From Geosiphon pyriformis uo1 (lineage: Eukaryota; Fungi; Glomeromycota), in the NCBI GenBank assembly GCA_016748015.1, contig JAAOMT010000034.1:310001-374000 (forward strand): a stretch of 64,000 nt of DNA, written 5' to 3'. A program made the translations under genes and the position numbers. The notes beneath the pieces are model-generated. The model had not been told where the DNA came from and did no database searches. It was given only the letters and a program-made list of their open reading frames with translations. This document shows positions 63,495 through 64,000 of this stretch, in pieces. How positions within the stretch are numbered: the first letter of the stretch is position 1; every line of letters begins with the position of its first letter.

Positions 63495-64000
63495 TTTTTT
63501 TTTTTAACGTTTAACGAGTAAAGTCCAAACACTGCCTAGTGCAATACATCATACAAATGATCTAAACTAGGTGTGAATCATGCACTTTCTACACATAACT
63601 AGTTACTTGGACCAATCAGAACAACACTATACACCTATATAAACAGAAACTATGTCACCTATGTCTGAAAAAAACAAATAAAACTTATGAAAACTGAAAC
63701 CAACACCAATTATCTCCACAACACCCAGTAATCCAACCACACCAGCTGACAGCACTGAAGAAAGCCTAAAAATCAAGATAGGAACAGATTTATTGCATGG
63801 AATAAGTCCATTTTTTTTCATAAAAGCACAGTGCTTGACACAAACCAACCAAATGTCTTCCCAAAAAGCAAGACTAAACTTATGCACAAAGACCACAATG
63901 TTTGACTTGCCATTTTAGAATCCTTGAAAACAGAAACAGATTCATGAAACCAATCCTTGAAAACAAAACTCTTGCACAAAGCAGTACTAACCAAAACATT
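63495..64000 (-). mobile_element. 3' end of LINE-5 (LINE-1 subfamily), runs off the window
   Basis: Poly(T) 63495-63505. Tail nearly identical to 100-223. ORF2 C-terminus at 63627-64000. Confidence 0.92.

Overview
Eukaryotic DNA, very likely from a non-Dikarya fungus (Glomeromycotina-like; inferred from TE types and intron style). About 90% of the window is nested retrotransposons riddled with C>T/G>A transitions, and the oldest layers are reduced almost entirely to A/T. Contents: four near full-length L1-like LINEs carrying RNase H (ORF1 + APE-RT-RNH-ZnF) and the 3' end of a fifth; one full-length Ty3/Gypsy element inserted in the RNase H of LINE-2 (gag, PR, Cys-rich domain, dUTPase, RT, RH, IN in a different frame, possible extra 3' ORF); three solo LTRs; heavily decayed Gypsy and LINE relics; and one intact host gene, a 16-exon SNF2/RING helicase of the RAD5/ULS1 class (57683-62271). 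The most notable system is a family of ~2.3-kb ORF1-only retroelements (HAL1-like). They lack ORF2, share the LINEs' structured 3' tail and poly(A), and two copies are flanked by their own target-site duplications.
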